This document shows, one piece after another, positions 35,301-45,183 of a stretch of DNA of 64,000 bases. This DNA comes from Eubacteriales bacterium (GTDB lineage Bacteria > Bacillota > Clostridia > Oscillospirales > CAG-272), in contig JAZKXO010000079.1 in NCBI GenBank assembly GCA_045611685.1, positions 68,551 through 132,550 on the forward strand, written 5' to 3'. The position numbers were made by a program, and so were the translations under genes. The notes under the pieces were generated by a model that did not search any database, was not told the origin of the DNA, and worked only from the letters and a program-made list of their open reading frames with translations. Position 1 is the first letter of the stretch, and each line of letters begins with the position of its first letter.

Positions 35301-36794
35301 CACACCGGGATTCACGAGGGAGTTATACACCTCGATGACCTCCCCGTCCTTCACCTTTACGGCACCGATCTCAGTGATCTTGCAAGTCTGCGGGGAAAGG
35401 CCGGTCGTCTCGATATCGAAAACGACGACCTCGTCGTGGAAATCAGCCCCGACGCCACCGAACACCGCACGGGCGGTATCGTCAACGAAATAAGCCTCCA
35501 CCCCATAGAGGACTTTCATGCCGAGTTTTTCCGCTTTGAGCATCGCCGTCGGAAACGCCTGCAGATTACCGTGATCGGTAATCGCCACGGCTTCGTGTCC
35601 GAAGCGGTGCGCCGTTTCAATCACGTCCTCCGGTTTCGCGGTTGCATCCATAGCGGACTGGCAGGTATGCAGATGAAGTTCAACACGCTTGTCTGTCGCG
35701 TTATCCTCGCGCTTCACTTGTTTTATCTTCTGAACGTCGCTGTAATCAATGTACAGTTCCCCGTCGAACTTGTCCACCTTGACACTGCCGCGCACGGCGA
35801 GCGCCGCGCCCGTTTTAAAAATACCGAACAGCTCGTCCTGGGCTTCTGCTTTTATAACCGTTTTTACGAAAATAGACGCATCTCGGTCCGTGAGACCGAT
35901 CGTCACGGCGAGTTTCTCACCGTTTTTGATTTCTTTTACAGTCGTGCCGAACACCACACCGAGGACGGTTACGGTGCGACTGGCTGAGCGGATCATGGAG
36001 AGCGGCGTCAAGTCTTCAATGGCAAAAGGCGTGCCCGCCATCAACTCGGGGGAGGAAATATCAAATTTCGTCCGTCCGCACTGAACGACCGCTTCGGAAA
36101 GAACCGCAACCGTATCCGACGTCTCAAACAGAGATGCCACGCGCGGGAGAACGGGCTTTTCGGGATCGCCGGCAGAAGCTGCATCTGCGGCGGCAGCACG
36201 TGCTGCATACGCGGCTTGTCTTTCCGGGATCTGTGCGGCTTCGCTTCGGAGCCACGCATCCCTCGCCGCCTCGTATTCCGCCTGCACCTCTTTTGCATTC
36301 TCTGCGGTAACGATCTTCACCTCGTAATCGAGCGCAAATTCACTGCGGATGATCGCGGAAAAAAGCTGTCCCGTGCGGGCTAAGTCGAGAAGATCGATCC
36401 CTCCGCTCGGAAACGGAATGGAAACGGTAATGACGTTCCCGTCAAGCGCTGTCTCAAACCGATCAAAGAAGCCGTTTATGACCGTGCCGACGCGGCGGGC
36501 CTCGGCGATAACCTCCCCCATATAGGAAAGGCTGAAAAGTTCACTCGGATAGTGCGGAAAAAGACGAACGGAGTTTTGCGCATAGATCTCCATGAGCGCG
36601 TTTTCGGCCTCGTAAAGGACGTTTTTCGAGACGATCTTCGAAAGAGAAAGATTCACCTCGACCATGCGGCGCTCGCGGTCGGCACGCACGGACACGTCCG
36701 TCGCCGACTGAAACAAATCCCGCTGTGCCTTTGAAACGGGCGAATAGCGGGAAAAGATGTCGCTGAGAGTCCTTGTTTTTTTCGTATCAGCCAT
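32376..36794 (-). CDS. polC: DNA polymerase III PolC-type
   Basis: 1472 aa with a 3'-5' exonuclease motif (VVFDIETTGL), a PHP domain and a pol III alpha core. The length is typical for PolC. Confidence 0.97.
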   Translation of the reverse strand: MADTKKTRTLSDIFSRYSPVSKAQRDLFQSATDVSVRADRERRMVEVNLSLSKIVSKNVLYEAENALMEIYAQNSVRLFPHYPSELFSLSYMGEVIAEARRVGTVINGFFDRFETALDGNVITVSIPFPSGGIDLLDLARTGQLFSAIIRSEFALDYEVKIVTAENAKEVQAEYEAARDAWLRSEAAQIPERQAAYAARAAAADAASAGDPEKPVLPRVASLFETSDTVAVLSEAVVQCGRTKFDISSPELMAGTPFAIEDLTPLSMIRSASRTVTVLGVVFGTTVKEIKNGEKLAVTIGLTDRDASIFVKTVIKAEAQDELFGIFKTGAALAVRGSVKVDKFDGELYIDYSDVQKIKQVKREDNATDKRVELHLHTCQSAMDATAKPEDVIETAHRFGHEAVAITDHGNLQAFPTAMLKAEKLGMKVLYGVEAYFVDDTARAVFGGVGADFHDEVVVFDIETTGLSPQTCKITEIGAVKVKDGEVIEVYNSLVNPGVPIPEEVVRLTGITDEMVKNERPISEVLPEFLSFIGDRMLIAHNAGFDVSFIRRAAEDLGLPFTNAYLDTVAMSHYVNPDLKKHKLNILAEYFGLGDFNHHRASDDAEILSRIYYCMISKLADEGIHSMAELNTAMSERSDPLKLKTYHQIILVKNSVGLKNLYTLVSESYLKYYRKTPRIPKTRLSEMREGLIIGSACEAGELFTAVLEGKPQNELEEIASFYDYLEIQPITNNRFLVEKGQVADDEALRELNRKIIALGKKLGKPVVATCDAHYLEPEDEIYRRILLSGMKFSDADKVTELYFRTTEEMLAEFDYLDEETAREVVIDNPKKIAAMIESVRPIPEGNYPPHIDGAEEELTTKCNALARELYGDPLPEIVAARLDRELDSIIKNGFAIMYIIARKLVENSESKGYQVGSRGSVGSSFAATMAGITRVNPLPPHYRCPNCRHSEFITDGSVGSGFDLPPKDCPKCGTRLGQDGHDIPFETFLGFYGDKTPDIDLNFSGDVQADAHKFTEVLFGAGKAFKAGTIGTLADKTAFGFTAKFLEGKGISVNRAEIERLISGCLGTKRTTGQHPGGIIVVPKEYDICDFTPVQHPADDPNSDVITTHFEFKYLHDTILKLDILGHDIPTKYKRMEEYSGVPVLDIPLTDPVTYKGFTATDPIGVHPDQIDSKTSTLGLPEMGTKLSRDVLMEAQPKNFADLLQIEGLTHGTGMWVGNAQDLIRDGTCTVSEVIGCRDDIMLTLIQKYGVEKGIAFKIMEFVRKNKKGAKIPDDMMSVMVENNVPQWYIDSLQKVRYMFPKAHAAAYAMDAVRLMWYKIYYPVEFYAGYFSAAPGGFDSEIVMGGKQHVHEMMLDLKKRKNELSQKEVEIYNSLMLVNEYYQRGFSFLPVDLKKSHAHKYLPENGKIRLPFSSLPGLGDTAAENIMHYRDQGEIYSVEMLKREAGISKTVIEILERNGVLKGLTATNQLTLF

Positions 36795-36796
36795 AA

Positions 36797-37903
36797 TTAT
36801 ATCTCCGATGTGTTCCCTGCCGCTTTATCCTCGGCAAGGAAGGCATACGTTTCTTTCAGAAGCACGTCGATCACGTCCGCCTCCTCGATGCGCGAGACTG
36901 TCTCTCCGCGCCGGAAAAGGACGGCACATCCGTCGCCTCCCGCGACACCGAAATCCGCCTCGCGGGCTTCTCCGGGGCCGTTGACGACGCATCCCATAAT
37001 GGCAACCTTGACGCGTTTGCCTTTCGTATCGATTCCACGGGCGGCTTCTTTGAATTTTGCCGCCAGAGAGATCAGATCCACCTTCGTTCTGCCGCAGGTA
37101 GGACAGGACACGATCTCAACGCCGCCCTTGGCGTCGAGTCCCAGCGTTCTTAAAATCTCACGGCCAGCCTCAACCTCTTTCACCGAATCGGCGGTGAGAG
37201 AAACGCGGAGCGTATCCCCGATACCGTCCACCAAAAGCGACCCGATACCGATCGCGTTTTTGATAAGGCCGGAGTAATCGTCCCCCGCCTCGGTAACACC
37301 CACGTGGAGAGGATAGTCGCACTGTGCCGCGGCCAGTCTGTATGTAGATACGGTATCTGAAACCGACGAGGTTTTCATCGAGATGACGATATCGGAAAAT
37401 CCCATTTTCTCAAGAACGTCCGCCTGGGAAAGCGCACTTTCAACCAGCGCCTCGGGCGTGGGCGATCCGTACTTCTCGAGAAGCTTTTTATCAAGCGATC
37501 CGCCGTTCACACCGATGCGGATCGGGAGGCCTGCATTTTTGCAAGCGTCAGCGACCTCGCGCACCTTCCACTCCGCCCCGATATTGCCGGGATTTATACG
37601 GATCTTCGAGGCGCCCGACTTAACGGCCGCCAAAGCCAGCTTATAATCAAAATGTATATCGGCCACCAAGGGTGCCGTGATGCCGCGCTGTCGCATAGCG
37701 GAGAAGATGCCCGCCGCATCCATATCGGGAACGGCGATACGAACGATATCGCATCCGGCCCGAAGAAGATCGCGTATCTGCCGCTCGGTGGCATCAAAAT
37801 CGCCGCTCGGCGCGTTGGTCATCGACTGCACCGTAATCGGCGCACCGCCGCCGATCTGGAGTTCACCGAGATGCACCGCGCGGCTGTTTCGAACGTTTTT
37901 CAT
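36797..37903 (-). CDS. ispG: 4-hydroxy-3-methylbut-2-en-1-yl diphosphate synthase (flavodoxin)
   Basis: 368 aa containing GGGAPITVQSMTN and the Fe-S Cys motif SCPTCGRT...GCVVNGPGE. Confidence 0.95.
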   Translation of the reverse strand: MKNVRNSRAVHLGELQIGGGAPITVQSMTNAPSGDFDATERQIRDLLRAGCDIVRIAVPDMDAAGIFSAMRQRGITAPLVADIHFDYKLALAAVKSGASKIRINPGNIGAEWKVREVADACKNAGLPIRIGVNGGSLDKKLLEKYGSPTPEALVESALSQADVLEKMGFSDIVISMKTSSVSDTVSTYRLAAAQCDYPLHVGVTEAGDDYSGLIKNAIGIGSLLVDGIGDTLRVSLTADSVKEVEAGREILRTLGLDAKGGVEIVSCPTCGRTKVDLISLAAKFKEAARGIDTKGKRVKVAIMGCVVNGPGEAREADFGVAGGDGCAVLFRRGETVSRIEEADVIDVLLKETYAFLAEDKAAGNTSEI

Positions 37904-37919
37904 AAAAATCTCCCCTCGC

Positions 37920-38951
37920 TTATGCGAAAAGTCCGACTATATCCTTTGCCATGATAAGAACCATGAGCACCATAAAGAGCACAAATCCGGCAAAGTGCAC
38001 GTATCCCTCGAGCCGTCTCGGGACGGGTTTGCGGCAGATGCCCTCAATAATCAAAAACACGAGCCGTCCGCCGTCGAGTGCCGGCAGAGGAAGCAGGTTC
38101 ATAACGCCAAGATTCATACTGATCACGACTGCCATATAGATAAGATCCGCCGTGCTCTCGGCAGCCATCTCCGTCATAGCGGCGGCAACGCCCACAGGTC
38201 CCGATACGGCTTCCATGCCGTACCGTCCCGTTATGAGATCGTAGAGTGAATCGTACACCATCTTAATCGTGGAGGCAGAGCGAAATAACGCATGCTTTGC
38301 GACGTTCAAGGCCGTTTTCGCCTCACTGTACACGATGAAATCGGGCTTGCCGAAATCTACGCCGCTCTCCGTCATTTGTCCGAATCGCACGTTCTCGAGA
38401 ACGATCTTCTCACCGTTTCTCTCAACAGTGAGTTCTATCGGCTCGACCCCCTTGCGCATGACCTCATACACAAGCTCGTTCGCGGTGAACACACGCGTTC
38501 CGTCTACCTTCAGTACGCGGTCACCTTCGAGAAGACCGCACTGGGACGAGACACTGTCCTCTTGGAAGGAATAGATCGTCGTAGATGCAAGGTTCGGCGC
38601 CGTGGCGATGAGAATCGACATCACAACAACGCCCGCAATCAGGTTCATCGCGGCACCCGCAACGGTGATAATTATTCTCTGCCAGACAGGTTTTTTATGA
38701 AAAGCATTTTCGTCGTCGGATTCCTCGTCCTCACCCACCATGCTGACGTATCCGCCAAACGGAATAAGACGCAAGGAGTAAGCGATATTCGTCTTTTTCG
38801 AGGTGTGCTTGATGATCGCGGGCCCCATACCGATAGCAAACTCGCGCACGGTAACGCCAAAGAGACGGGCGAAAAGAAAATGACCGCCCTCATGGATCAA
38901 AACGAGAAAACCAAATATGAGAATCGCAATAATTACGTACAGAAACGTCAT
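37920..38951 (-). CDS. rseP: RIP metalloprotease RseP (M50 site-2 protease)
   Basis: Has the HEGGHF zinc motif, a central PDZ-like region and NLLPLPALDGG. ATG 38951 is preferred over GTG 38963. Confidence 0.92.
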   Translation of the reverse strand: MTFLYVIIAILIFGFLVLIHEGGHFLFARLFGVTVREFAIGMGPAIIKHTSKKTNIAYSLRLIPFGGYVSMVGEDEESDDENAFHKKPVWQRIIITVAGAAMNLIAGVVVMSILIATAPNLASTTIYSFQEDSVSSQCGLLEGDRVLKVDGTRVFTANELVYEVMRKGVEPIELTVERNGEKIVLENVRFGQMTESGVDFGKPDFIVYSEAKTALNVAKHALFRSASTIKMVYDSLYDLITGRYGMEAVSGPVGVAAAMTEMAAESTADLIYMAVVISMNLGVMNLLPLPALDGGRLVFLIIEGICRKPVPRRLEGYVHFAGFVLFMVLMVLIMAKDIVGLFA

Positions 38952-38992
38952 AGGGAAAACCACCTCTCCTCTATCCCACGCGTGGGATGCGG

Positions 38993-40195
38993 TTAACGGT
39001 ATTTTTTAAGAATCTCAGAAGCCCGGCTGCGCGCTTCTTTTTCCGCCGCATAGACATCTGCGATATCGCGGACGGGTGCATCCGGCGTTTGATGGATCGT
39101 TTCAAAGACGAGATCGGAAATCTGATTGAAGGAAATCTGCCCTTTTATAAAGGCGGCAACCGCCTCCTCGTCCGCCGCGATGAGAGCGGTCGGTACGATA
39201 CCGGCGCGTGCGATGACCTCCTTCGCCGAGAACAGAAGCGGAAACGCCTCGGCATCCGGCTGATCGAACGTAAGATTTCTTACCTTTGTAAAGTCAATGC
39301 CCGATTCTTCGACGTCTGCGCGATGCGGACAAGTCAAAGCGTACCGAACGCAGGCGCGCATATCGGGCAGCCCAAGCTGGGCGATGACAGTATTATCAAT
39401 ATACTCCACCATAGAATGAATTATGCTCTGTCGGTGGATAAGGACTTCGATTTTCTCATAAGGGACGCCGAACAGACGCCACGCTTCGATCACCTCGAAA
39501 CCTTTGTTCATAAGTGTCGCGGAATCAATCGTGATCTTCGGCCCCATTTTCCACGTCGGATGTCGGAGCGCTTCCTCAGGCGTAACGCCGGAAAGCTCGT
39601 CCCGGGTGCGTTCGTAGAACGGACCGCCCGACGCGGTCAGAAGAATCCGCTTTATAACGGAAGGATCTGCCTTGCCCGACAAGGACAGCGCACGGTTCTC
39701 AGCAAGGCACTGAAAAATAGCGCTGTGCTCGCTGTCCACAGGAATAAGCTCCCCGCCTGACGCGCTGAGCGCCTCAAAAATTAGGTCGCCCGCAGCGATA
39801 ATGGCTTCTTTGTTCGCCATGCCAATGCGTACGCCTGTTTTTGCCGCCGCCAAAGCGCTCGGGAGTCCCGGAAGCCCCGCGATCGCATGAAAGATCACAT
39901 CCGCGCCGCACGATGCGACGGCTTCCTCCGCGGCAGTTGTTCCGCCGTAGACCTTCACGTTTTCGCCTGCAAGAGCCGCGCGAAGTTTTTCTGCACTCTC
40001 CCGATCCTCCACGGTGCATATCTCCGGTTTGAAAAGACGTGCCTGCTCTGCCAACAGTTCCGTATTTCGGCCGCCGGCCAGCATCACAACACGGCATCCC
40101 ATATGAGAAAGGGCGTCAAGTGCCTGCGTACCGACACTGCCGGTACTGCCAAGAACCGCGGCTCGCACGGGCTTGTTTGATTTCAAATTATACAT
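38993..40195 (-). CDS. dxr: 1-deoxy-D-xylulose 5-phosphate reductoisomerase
   Basis: 400 aa with the NADPH-binding N-terminus LGSTGSVGTQ and the motifs PVDSEHSAIFQCL and HPTWKMG. Confidence 0.95.
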   Translation of the reverse strand: MYNLKSNKPVRAAVLGSTGSVGTQALDALSHMGCRVVMLAGGRNTELLAEQARLFKPEICTVEDRESAEKLRAALAGENVKVYGGTTAAEEAVASCGADVIFHAIAGLPGLPSALAAAKTGVRIGMANKEAIIAAGDLIFEALSASGGELIPVDSEHSAIFQCLAENRALSLSGKADPSVIKRILLTASGGPFYERTRDELSGVTPEEALRHPTWKMGPKITIDSATLMNKGFEVIEAWRLFGVPYEKIEVLIHRQSIIHSMVEYIDNTVIAQLGLPDMRACVRYALTCPHRADVEESGIDFTKVRNLTFDQPDAEAFPLLFSAKEVIARAGIVPTALIAADEEAVAAFIKGQISFNQISDLVFETIHQTPDAPVRDIADVYAAEKEARSRASEILKKYR

Positions 40196-40235
40196 AGCGC
40201 ACCCGCCTTCGTTTTAAAAATGCCGATTTTAGTTA

Positions 40236-41081
40236 TCACTGAAAGAAATGCAAAGAATCCTGAAACACCGTAAGGAAAAGCATAAACGGTGCCACGGACA
40301 AAACGCTGTCGAACCGGTCGAGAATACCGCCGTGGCCGGGCAGGATCACACCGAAATCCTTGATGCCGTATTTCCGTTTGATAAAGGACATAATAAGATC
40401 GCCGATCTGCGACATAACGCTTACCAGAACGCCTGCGATCGCCATAGACAAGTAGCTGACGGCGGTTACTCCACTCATAAAGTAGTTCACTGCCATGCCC
40501 CAAAGAACGGTAAACAGGGTAGTGAAAACGATACCGCCGATCATTCCCTCCACCGTTTTCTTCGGACTGATCGAGGGGATCAGCTTGTGCCGACCAAACC
40601 ATCTGCCGCAGAGATACGCAAAAACGTCCGATATCCACGGTCCGTACAAAGTTACGACGAAAAACTGAAAACTGAATCCAAACGAGGCGTCAGCTAAAAG
40701 AACGAGACTGGAAAAGCCTGCAATGACGTAAAACGTGGGCGTGAAAGATGCAAATATCTTCTCCGCGTCGAGTGCACCGCCGGAAAACACGCCGACACTC
40801 AAAAGATAGAACAAAAAGACGAAGAGCATCGCCGCCCCCGCGGCACAGGCAACGGTTTCATCGGGGATAAGCCGACAAAGGATAGGCAAAATGACCGCCA
40901 ATGCGTAGGTGGGCAAGGAAACCCTCCAAAATTTTCTGATGCCGATACAGCCGAGCATTTCGTAGATTGCAACAAGTGCCAGAAGAGATGCCGCCACAGG
41001 CAAAGCCCACGTATGGGTCAGAAAACATAGGGGGACGGTTACAAGAACGATTATAACGGCGGTAATAGCGCGCTTCAACAT
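40236..41081 (-). CDS. cdsA: phosphatidate cytidylyltransferase
   Basis: C-terminal signature SFIKRKYGIKDFGVILPGHGGILDRFDS. ATG 41081 follows AAAGGAA. The alternative start at 41123 would overlap uppS. Confidence 0.92.
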   Translation of the reverse strand: MLKRAITAVIIVLVTVPLCFLTHTWALPVAASLLALVAIYEMLGCIGIRKFWRVSLPTYALAVILPILCRLIPDETVACAAGAAMLFVFLFYLLSVGVFSGGALDAEKIFASFTPTFYVIAGFSSLVLLADASFGFSFQFFVVTLYGPWISDVFAYLCGRWFGRHKLIPSISPKKTVEGMIGGIVFTTLFTVLWGMAVNYFMSGVTAVSYLSMAIAGVLVSVMSQIGDLIMSFIKRKYGIKDFGVILPGHGGILDRFDSVLSVAPFMLFLTVFQDSLHFFQ

Positions 41082-41106
41082 AACGATTTCCTTTCGAGGC
41101 CGGTCC

Positions 41107-41835
41107 TTACAGTACCGCGCCATATCGGCGGCGGCGGCCGGCGAAACTTTTCACCGCCGCTTCAAGGTCGTCTGCGGAATAATCCGGCCAAAGCGTGTCG
41201 GTAAAGAAAAACTCTGAATATGCAGACTGCCACAAAAGAAAATTGGACAGCCTGTATTCCCCGGCGGTACGGACGATAAGATCCGGATCACCGCAATGCG
41301 CGGTATAAATAGCCCCTGATATATCTTCTTCCGTAATGGACGTCTTGCCCGCAGCGATAAGCTTATCAAATGCATGGACAAGCTCCGCACGTCCGCCGTA
41401 ATTGAGAGCGATATTAAGTAAACAGCGATTGTTTGCAGTCAGATTTTCAAGATCGGTGCACTTCTTCGAAAGTTCGGGTGCGAGCGCACTTTTGTCGCCT
41501 AGAAACACAAAACGGATCTTGTTTTCCTCGTTCTCACGCTCTGCATCCCTTACGAAAGAATCGAGAAGACGCATAATGGCATTGACCTCAGCACGCGGAC
41601 GCTTCCAGTTTTCCGTGGAAAATGCGTACACGGTTACGGTATCTATACCGACGTCGCCGCACATACGAACGACCTTTTTGAAGTTCTCCGCGCCGTTTTT
41701 ATGGCCGGCTTCCCGAGGCAAGCCCCGACCGGTCGCCCAGCGCCCGTTTCCGTCCATTATAAAGGCGATATGCGAAAGCCCGCTCTCCGAAACCATATGG
41801 CGGATCCGATCATACTGAATACTCTTATCTGTCAT
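41107..41835 (-). CDS. uppS: isoprenyl transferase (undecaprenyl diphosphate synthase)
   Basis: Motifs HIAFIMDGNGRWA, FSTENWKRP and RTAGEYRLSNFLLWQ. Confidence 0.95.
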   Translation of the reverse strand: MTDKSIQYDRIRHMVSESGLSHIAFIMDGNGRWATGRGLPREAGHKNGAENFKKVVRMCGDVGIDTVTVYAFSTENWKRPRAEVNAIMRLLDSFVRDAERENEENKIRFVFLGDKSALAPELSKKCTDLENLTANNRCLLNIALNYGGRAELVHAFDKLIAAGKTSITEEDISGAIYTAHCGDPDLIVRTAGEYRLSNFLLWQSAYSEFFFTDTLWPDYSADDLEAAVKSFAGRRRRYGAVL

Positions 41836-41931
41836 AACACCCTGAAATCTCTCTAATCGTACATTCGCCCCGGTACTCCGAAAAACGGGGCGCCGGGGTC
41901 GAATATGTGATGTCCGTTTTCAAACGGAACC

Positions 41932-42486
41932 TTAAATTTCCATGATTTCCTTGTCTTTTTTCGCGGTGATATCGTCGATGATCTTGGTGTATTTATCGGT
42001 AAGATCCTGCACAGCCTTTTCCGACTGCTTCTGTTCATCCTCGTTCATCTCGGATTTCTTTTTCATATCTTTGCATTTGTCGTTGGCATCGCGGCGGATG
42101 TTACGAATGGCAACCTTTGCGTCTTCGCCCATTTTGGCAACCTGCTTTTTCAGCTCCTTACGGCGTTCCTCCGTCAGCTGCGGGAAAGAGAGACGGATCG
42201 TTTTGCCGTCATTCTGCGGCGTAATACCGACGTCTGAGGCGAGAATCGCCTTCTCGATCTCCTTGTTCATTTTTGCATCCCACGGCGTGATCGTGAGGGT
42301 TCTCGCATCAGCAACGCGAACGTCTGCCACCTGATTGATCGCGGTAGGTGCGCCGTAATAATCTACGGTAACGCGGGAGAGAACGGCGGCGTTTGCGCGT
42401 CCGACACGAACGGTATCCAGATTGTCCTCGTAAACCTCGATGGCTTTTTTCATTTTGCTTTCAAAATCTTTAGTGTCCAGTTTCAT
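41932..42486 (-). CDS. frr: ribosome recycling factor
   Basis: 184 aa with a typical RRF sequence (...ITPWD...LSFPQLTEERRKELKKQV...). Confidence 0.95.
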   Translation of the reverse strand: MKLDTKDFESKMKKAIEVYEDNLDTVRVGRANAAVLSRVTVDYYGAPTAINQVADVRVADARTLTITPWDAKMNKEIEKAILASDVGITPQNDGKTIRLSFPQLTEERRKELKKQVAKMGEDAKVAIRNIRRDANDKCKDMKKKSEMNEDEQKQSEKAVQDLTDKYTKIIDDITAKKDKEIMEI

Positions 42487-43205
42487 TTGTCAGTGCCTCC
42501 TTTAACGATTGTACCGAGCGTTTCGCCCATAATTACTTTATAAATGTTCGCCGGATCGTTGAGTCCAAAGATATGGATCGGCATCTTATTCTCCATCGCA
42601 AATGCGGTAGCGGTGATATCAATCGCCGTAAGATGGTGATCAAGAATGTACATGTAATCAATGAGGGGGAGTTTTTCTGCCTTGGGGTCCACGCGAGGGT
42701 CGGCCGTGTAAATGGCGTCGATGTTCTTCGCCATAAGCGTTACGTCACACTCAAGCTCCGCAGCGCGGAGTACGGCTGCCGTATCCGTCGAGAAGAACGG
42801 AGCACCCGATCCGCACGAAAGAATAACGACGCTTCCCTTTTCAAGATATTCAACCGCACGATCGCGGAGATACGGCTCCGCAAACGAGTCCATCGCTACG
42901 GGCGACATCACGTGCGCGTCAATTCCCGCGCGAAGAAGAGCATCTTTCATACCGATCGAATTGATGACCGTTGCAAGCATACCCATATGGTCGGCACGGG
43001 TACGGTTCACGTCCGTACCACGCGCGCCGCGCCAGATATTGCCGGCACCGATGACGAGGGCAACCTCGACACCCGCTTCAACAGCACGGCGAATCTCGGC
43101 GACCACCGTATCAATATAATCAAAATCCAAAATAGACTCCGCATTGTTTTTGAGTGCCTCGCCGGACAGCTTCAAAAGAACGCGCTTGTAGGTGGGCGTC
43201 TGCAT
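42483..43205 (-). CDS. pyrH: UMP kinase
   Basis: The product begins MQTPTYKRVLLKLSGEAL and contains GAGNIWRG. ATG 43205 lies 5 nt after GAGGTGA. Confidence 0.95.
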   Translation of the reverse strand: MQTPTYKRVLLKLSGEALKNNAESILDFDYIDTVVAEIRRAVEAGVEVALVIGAGNIWRGARGTDVNRTRADHMGMLATVINSIGMKDALLRAGIDAHVMSPVAMDSFAEPYLRDRAVEYLEKGSVVILSCGSGAPFFSTDTAAVLRAAELECDVTLMAKNIDAIYTADPRVDPKAEKLPLIDYMYILDHHLTAIDITATAFAMENKMPIHIFGLNDPANIYKVIMGETLGTIVKGGTDK

Positions 43206-43238
43206 GGAAATCACCTCATCATAGTATATCTATAGTAT

Positions 43239-43267
43239 ATTATATATATTTTACTCCGAAATAGCAA
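43239..43267 (-). promoter_or_regulatory. candidate sigma-A promoter for pyrH-frr
   Basis: The minus strand reads TTGCTA, a 17-nt spacer, then TATAAT. The surrounding DNA is AT-rich, so alternative boxes exist. Confidence 0.4.
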
Positions 43268-43296
43268 ATTTGTAAATAATATTTTGTAAATTTACA

Positions 43297-43329
43297 AAAA
43301 AATCCGCCGGCATTTTTGATGCCGGCGGG
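43297..43329 (-). terminator. rho-independent terminator after tsf
   Basis: CCGCCGGCA (43304-43312) pairs with TGCCGGCGG (43320-43328), with T7 on the minus strand. Confidence 0.85.
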
Positions 43330-43339
43330 AACCGAAGCA

Positions 43340-44269
43340 TTATTTCTTCACGAGGCTGGCAATTTCGTCAGCGAAATTATCTTCTTTCTTCTCAAGGCCT
43401 TCGCCTCTCTCGTAGATGTAGAAGCCTGCGATGCGGATGTTGCCGCCAAATTCCTTGGCGGTGTTGTCTACGTACTTCTGTACGGAGATTGCGTCATCCT
43501 TAACGTAAGCCTGCTCGGTAAGGCAAACCTTCTCGTAGAACTTGTTCATCTTACCCATGATCATCTTCTCAAGGATAGCCTCGGGCTTGTTAGCGTTGCG
43601 CTCGTCATTCTTCATGAGAGTCAGCTGGATCTGTTTCTCCTCTTCAATAGCGGAAGCGGGAACGGACTCCTTGTTGAGGTACAGAACGGGCATAGCTGCA
43701 ACCTGGAGAGCGATGTTCTTTGCAAATTCAGCAAAGCCGGGGTTTGCTACGCAAACGTCATCAGCCTCGAAGTTGATGATAACGCCGGTCGTGCCCTTAC
43801 CGTGGATATAGGTGCTCAGAACGCCGTCAACGATGAGGAAGCGGCGGATGTTCATGTTCTCGCCGATCATGAAGATCATGTCCTTCAGCTTTGCCTCAAC
43901 GGTCATATCGGACTCCGGATAGGGGAGAGCCATAAGAGCCTCGAGGTTTGCGGGACGGTTCTTGAGAATGGTGGAAAGGATGCCGCGAACGAAATCCTGG
44001 AACTTCTCGTTCTTTGCAACGAAGTCAGTCTCAGCGTTTACTTCGATCATAGCAGCGGTCTTCTTGTCATCGGAGAGCATAATATCAACAACGCCCTCGG
44101 AAGCAATACGGTCAGCCTTCTTAGCAGCAACAGCAAGACCCTTCTCGCGAAGAACCTTTACAGCCTCGTCAAAATCGCCATTCGCAGCGGTGAGTGCCTT
44201 CTTGCACTCCATCATGCCGCAGCCGGTCTGTGCGCGGAGATCGGCTACCATCTTAGCAGTAATTGCCAT
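43340..44269 (-). CDS. tsf: translation elongation factor Ts
   Basis: 309 aa with the N-terminal UBA-like segment ITAKMVADLRAQTGCGMMECKKAL. Confidence 0.96.
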   Translation of the reverse strand: MAITAKMVADLRAQTGCGMMECKKALTAANGDFDEAVKVLREKGLAVAAKKADRIASEGVVDIMLSDDKKTAAMIEVNAETDFVAKNEKFQDFVRGILSTILKNRPANLEALMALPYPESDMTVEAKLKDMIFMIGENMNIRRFLIVDGVLSTYIHGKGTTGVIINFEADDVCVANPGFAEFAKNIALQVAAMPVLYLNKESVPASAIEEEKQIQLTLMKNDERNANKPEAILEKMIMGKMNKFYEKVCLTEQAYVKDDAISVQKYVDNTAKEFGGNIRIAGFYIYERGEGLEKKEDNFADEIASLVKK

Positions 44270-44314
44270 TGTATATTCCTCCGTTATATTCAGATATAAT
44301 ATTCGACAAACCGA

Positions 44315-45046
44315 TTATGCCTCAGCAGTCTCGGAAGCTTCTGCCTCAGCCTCAACGAGCTGCTCGCCCTGCTTGCCCTCGAGGACAGCGTTAGCGAGTA
44401 CAGAAGAGATCAGACGGATCGCGCGGATTGCGTCGTCGTTACCGGGGATAACGTAGTCAGCATCGTCGGGATCGCAGTTGGTATCAACGATAGCAACTAC
44501 CGGAATACCAAGTCTCTTGGCCTCAAGAACAGCGTTGTGCTCCTTGCGGGGGTCAACGATGAAGATAGCAGACGGCAGGCCGTTCATGTTCTTAATGCCG
44601 CCAAGGTTTCTCTCAAGGTTATACATTTCCTTCTGAAGAGCTGCAACTTCCTTCTTCGGAAGCATATCAAAGGTGCCGTCCTCCTGCATCTTCTCAAGAG
44701 CGTTCAGACGGTTGATGCTGGTGCGGATCGTCTTGTAGTTAGTGAGCATACCGCCGAGCCAGCGAACGTTTACAAAGTACATGCCGCAGCGCTCTGCTTC
44801 CTCACGGATAGCGTCTGCTGCCTGCTTCTTGGTACCAACGAAGAGAATGGAGCCGCCTTCGCTTGCCACGTCGCGGACAAACATGTAAGCCTCTTCAAAC
44901 TTCTTGATGGTCTTCTGAAGGTCGATGATGTAGATGCCGTTACGCTCGGTGAAGATGTACTCTGCCATCTTCGGGTTCCAACGTCTGGTGTGATGTCCGA
45001 AGTGGACGCCTGCTTCCAGCAGCTGTTTGATGGATACGATTGCCAT
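44315..45046 (-). CDS. rpsB: 30S ribosomal protein S2
   Basis: The product begins [30 protein letters not shown] 45046 follows AAGGAGA. Confidence 0.96.
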   Translation of the reverse strand: MAIVSIKQLLEAGVHFGHHTRRWNPKMAEYIFTERNGIYIIDLQKTIKKFEEAYMFVRDVASEGGSILFVGTKKQAADAIREEAERCGMYFVNVRWLGGMLTNYKTIRTSINRLNALEKMQEDGTFDMLPKKEVAALQKEMYNLERNLGGIKNMNGLPSAIFIVDPRKEHNAVLEAKRLGIPVVAIVDTNCDPDDADYVIPGNDDAIRAIRLISSVLANAVLEGKQGEQLVEAEAEASETAEA

Positions 45047-45183
45047 AGTTTTAATCTCCTTACGGTTTTTTCCACCACGCGAATACATCCTGAAGCCGAA
45101 ATCCCGTAAACTTTTTCTTTACGGGCGGCACCGCCAGAAGTTCACATCGCGTGTGTGTGCTATGCGTTTTCGCATGCTTTGAT

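Noticed and set aside
32376-36794. I checked for inteins or other insertions in PolC, and likewise in SecA, DnaG and MutS2.
   Set aside because: The lengths are typical for these families, and no Cys/Ser...His-Asn splice-junction blocks or homing-endonuclease motifs were seen.
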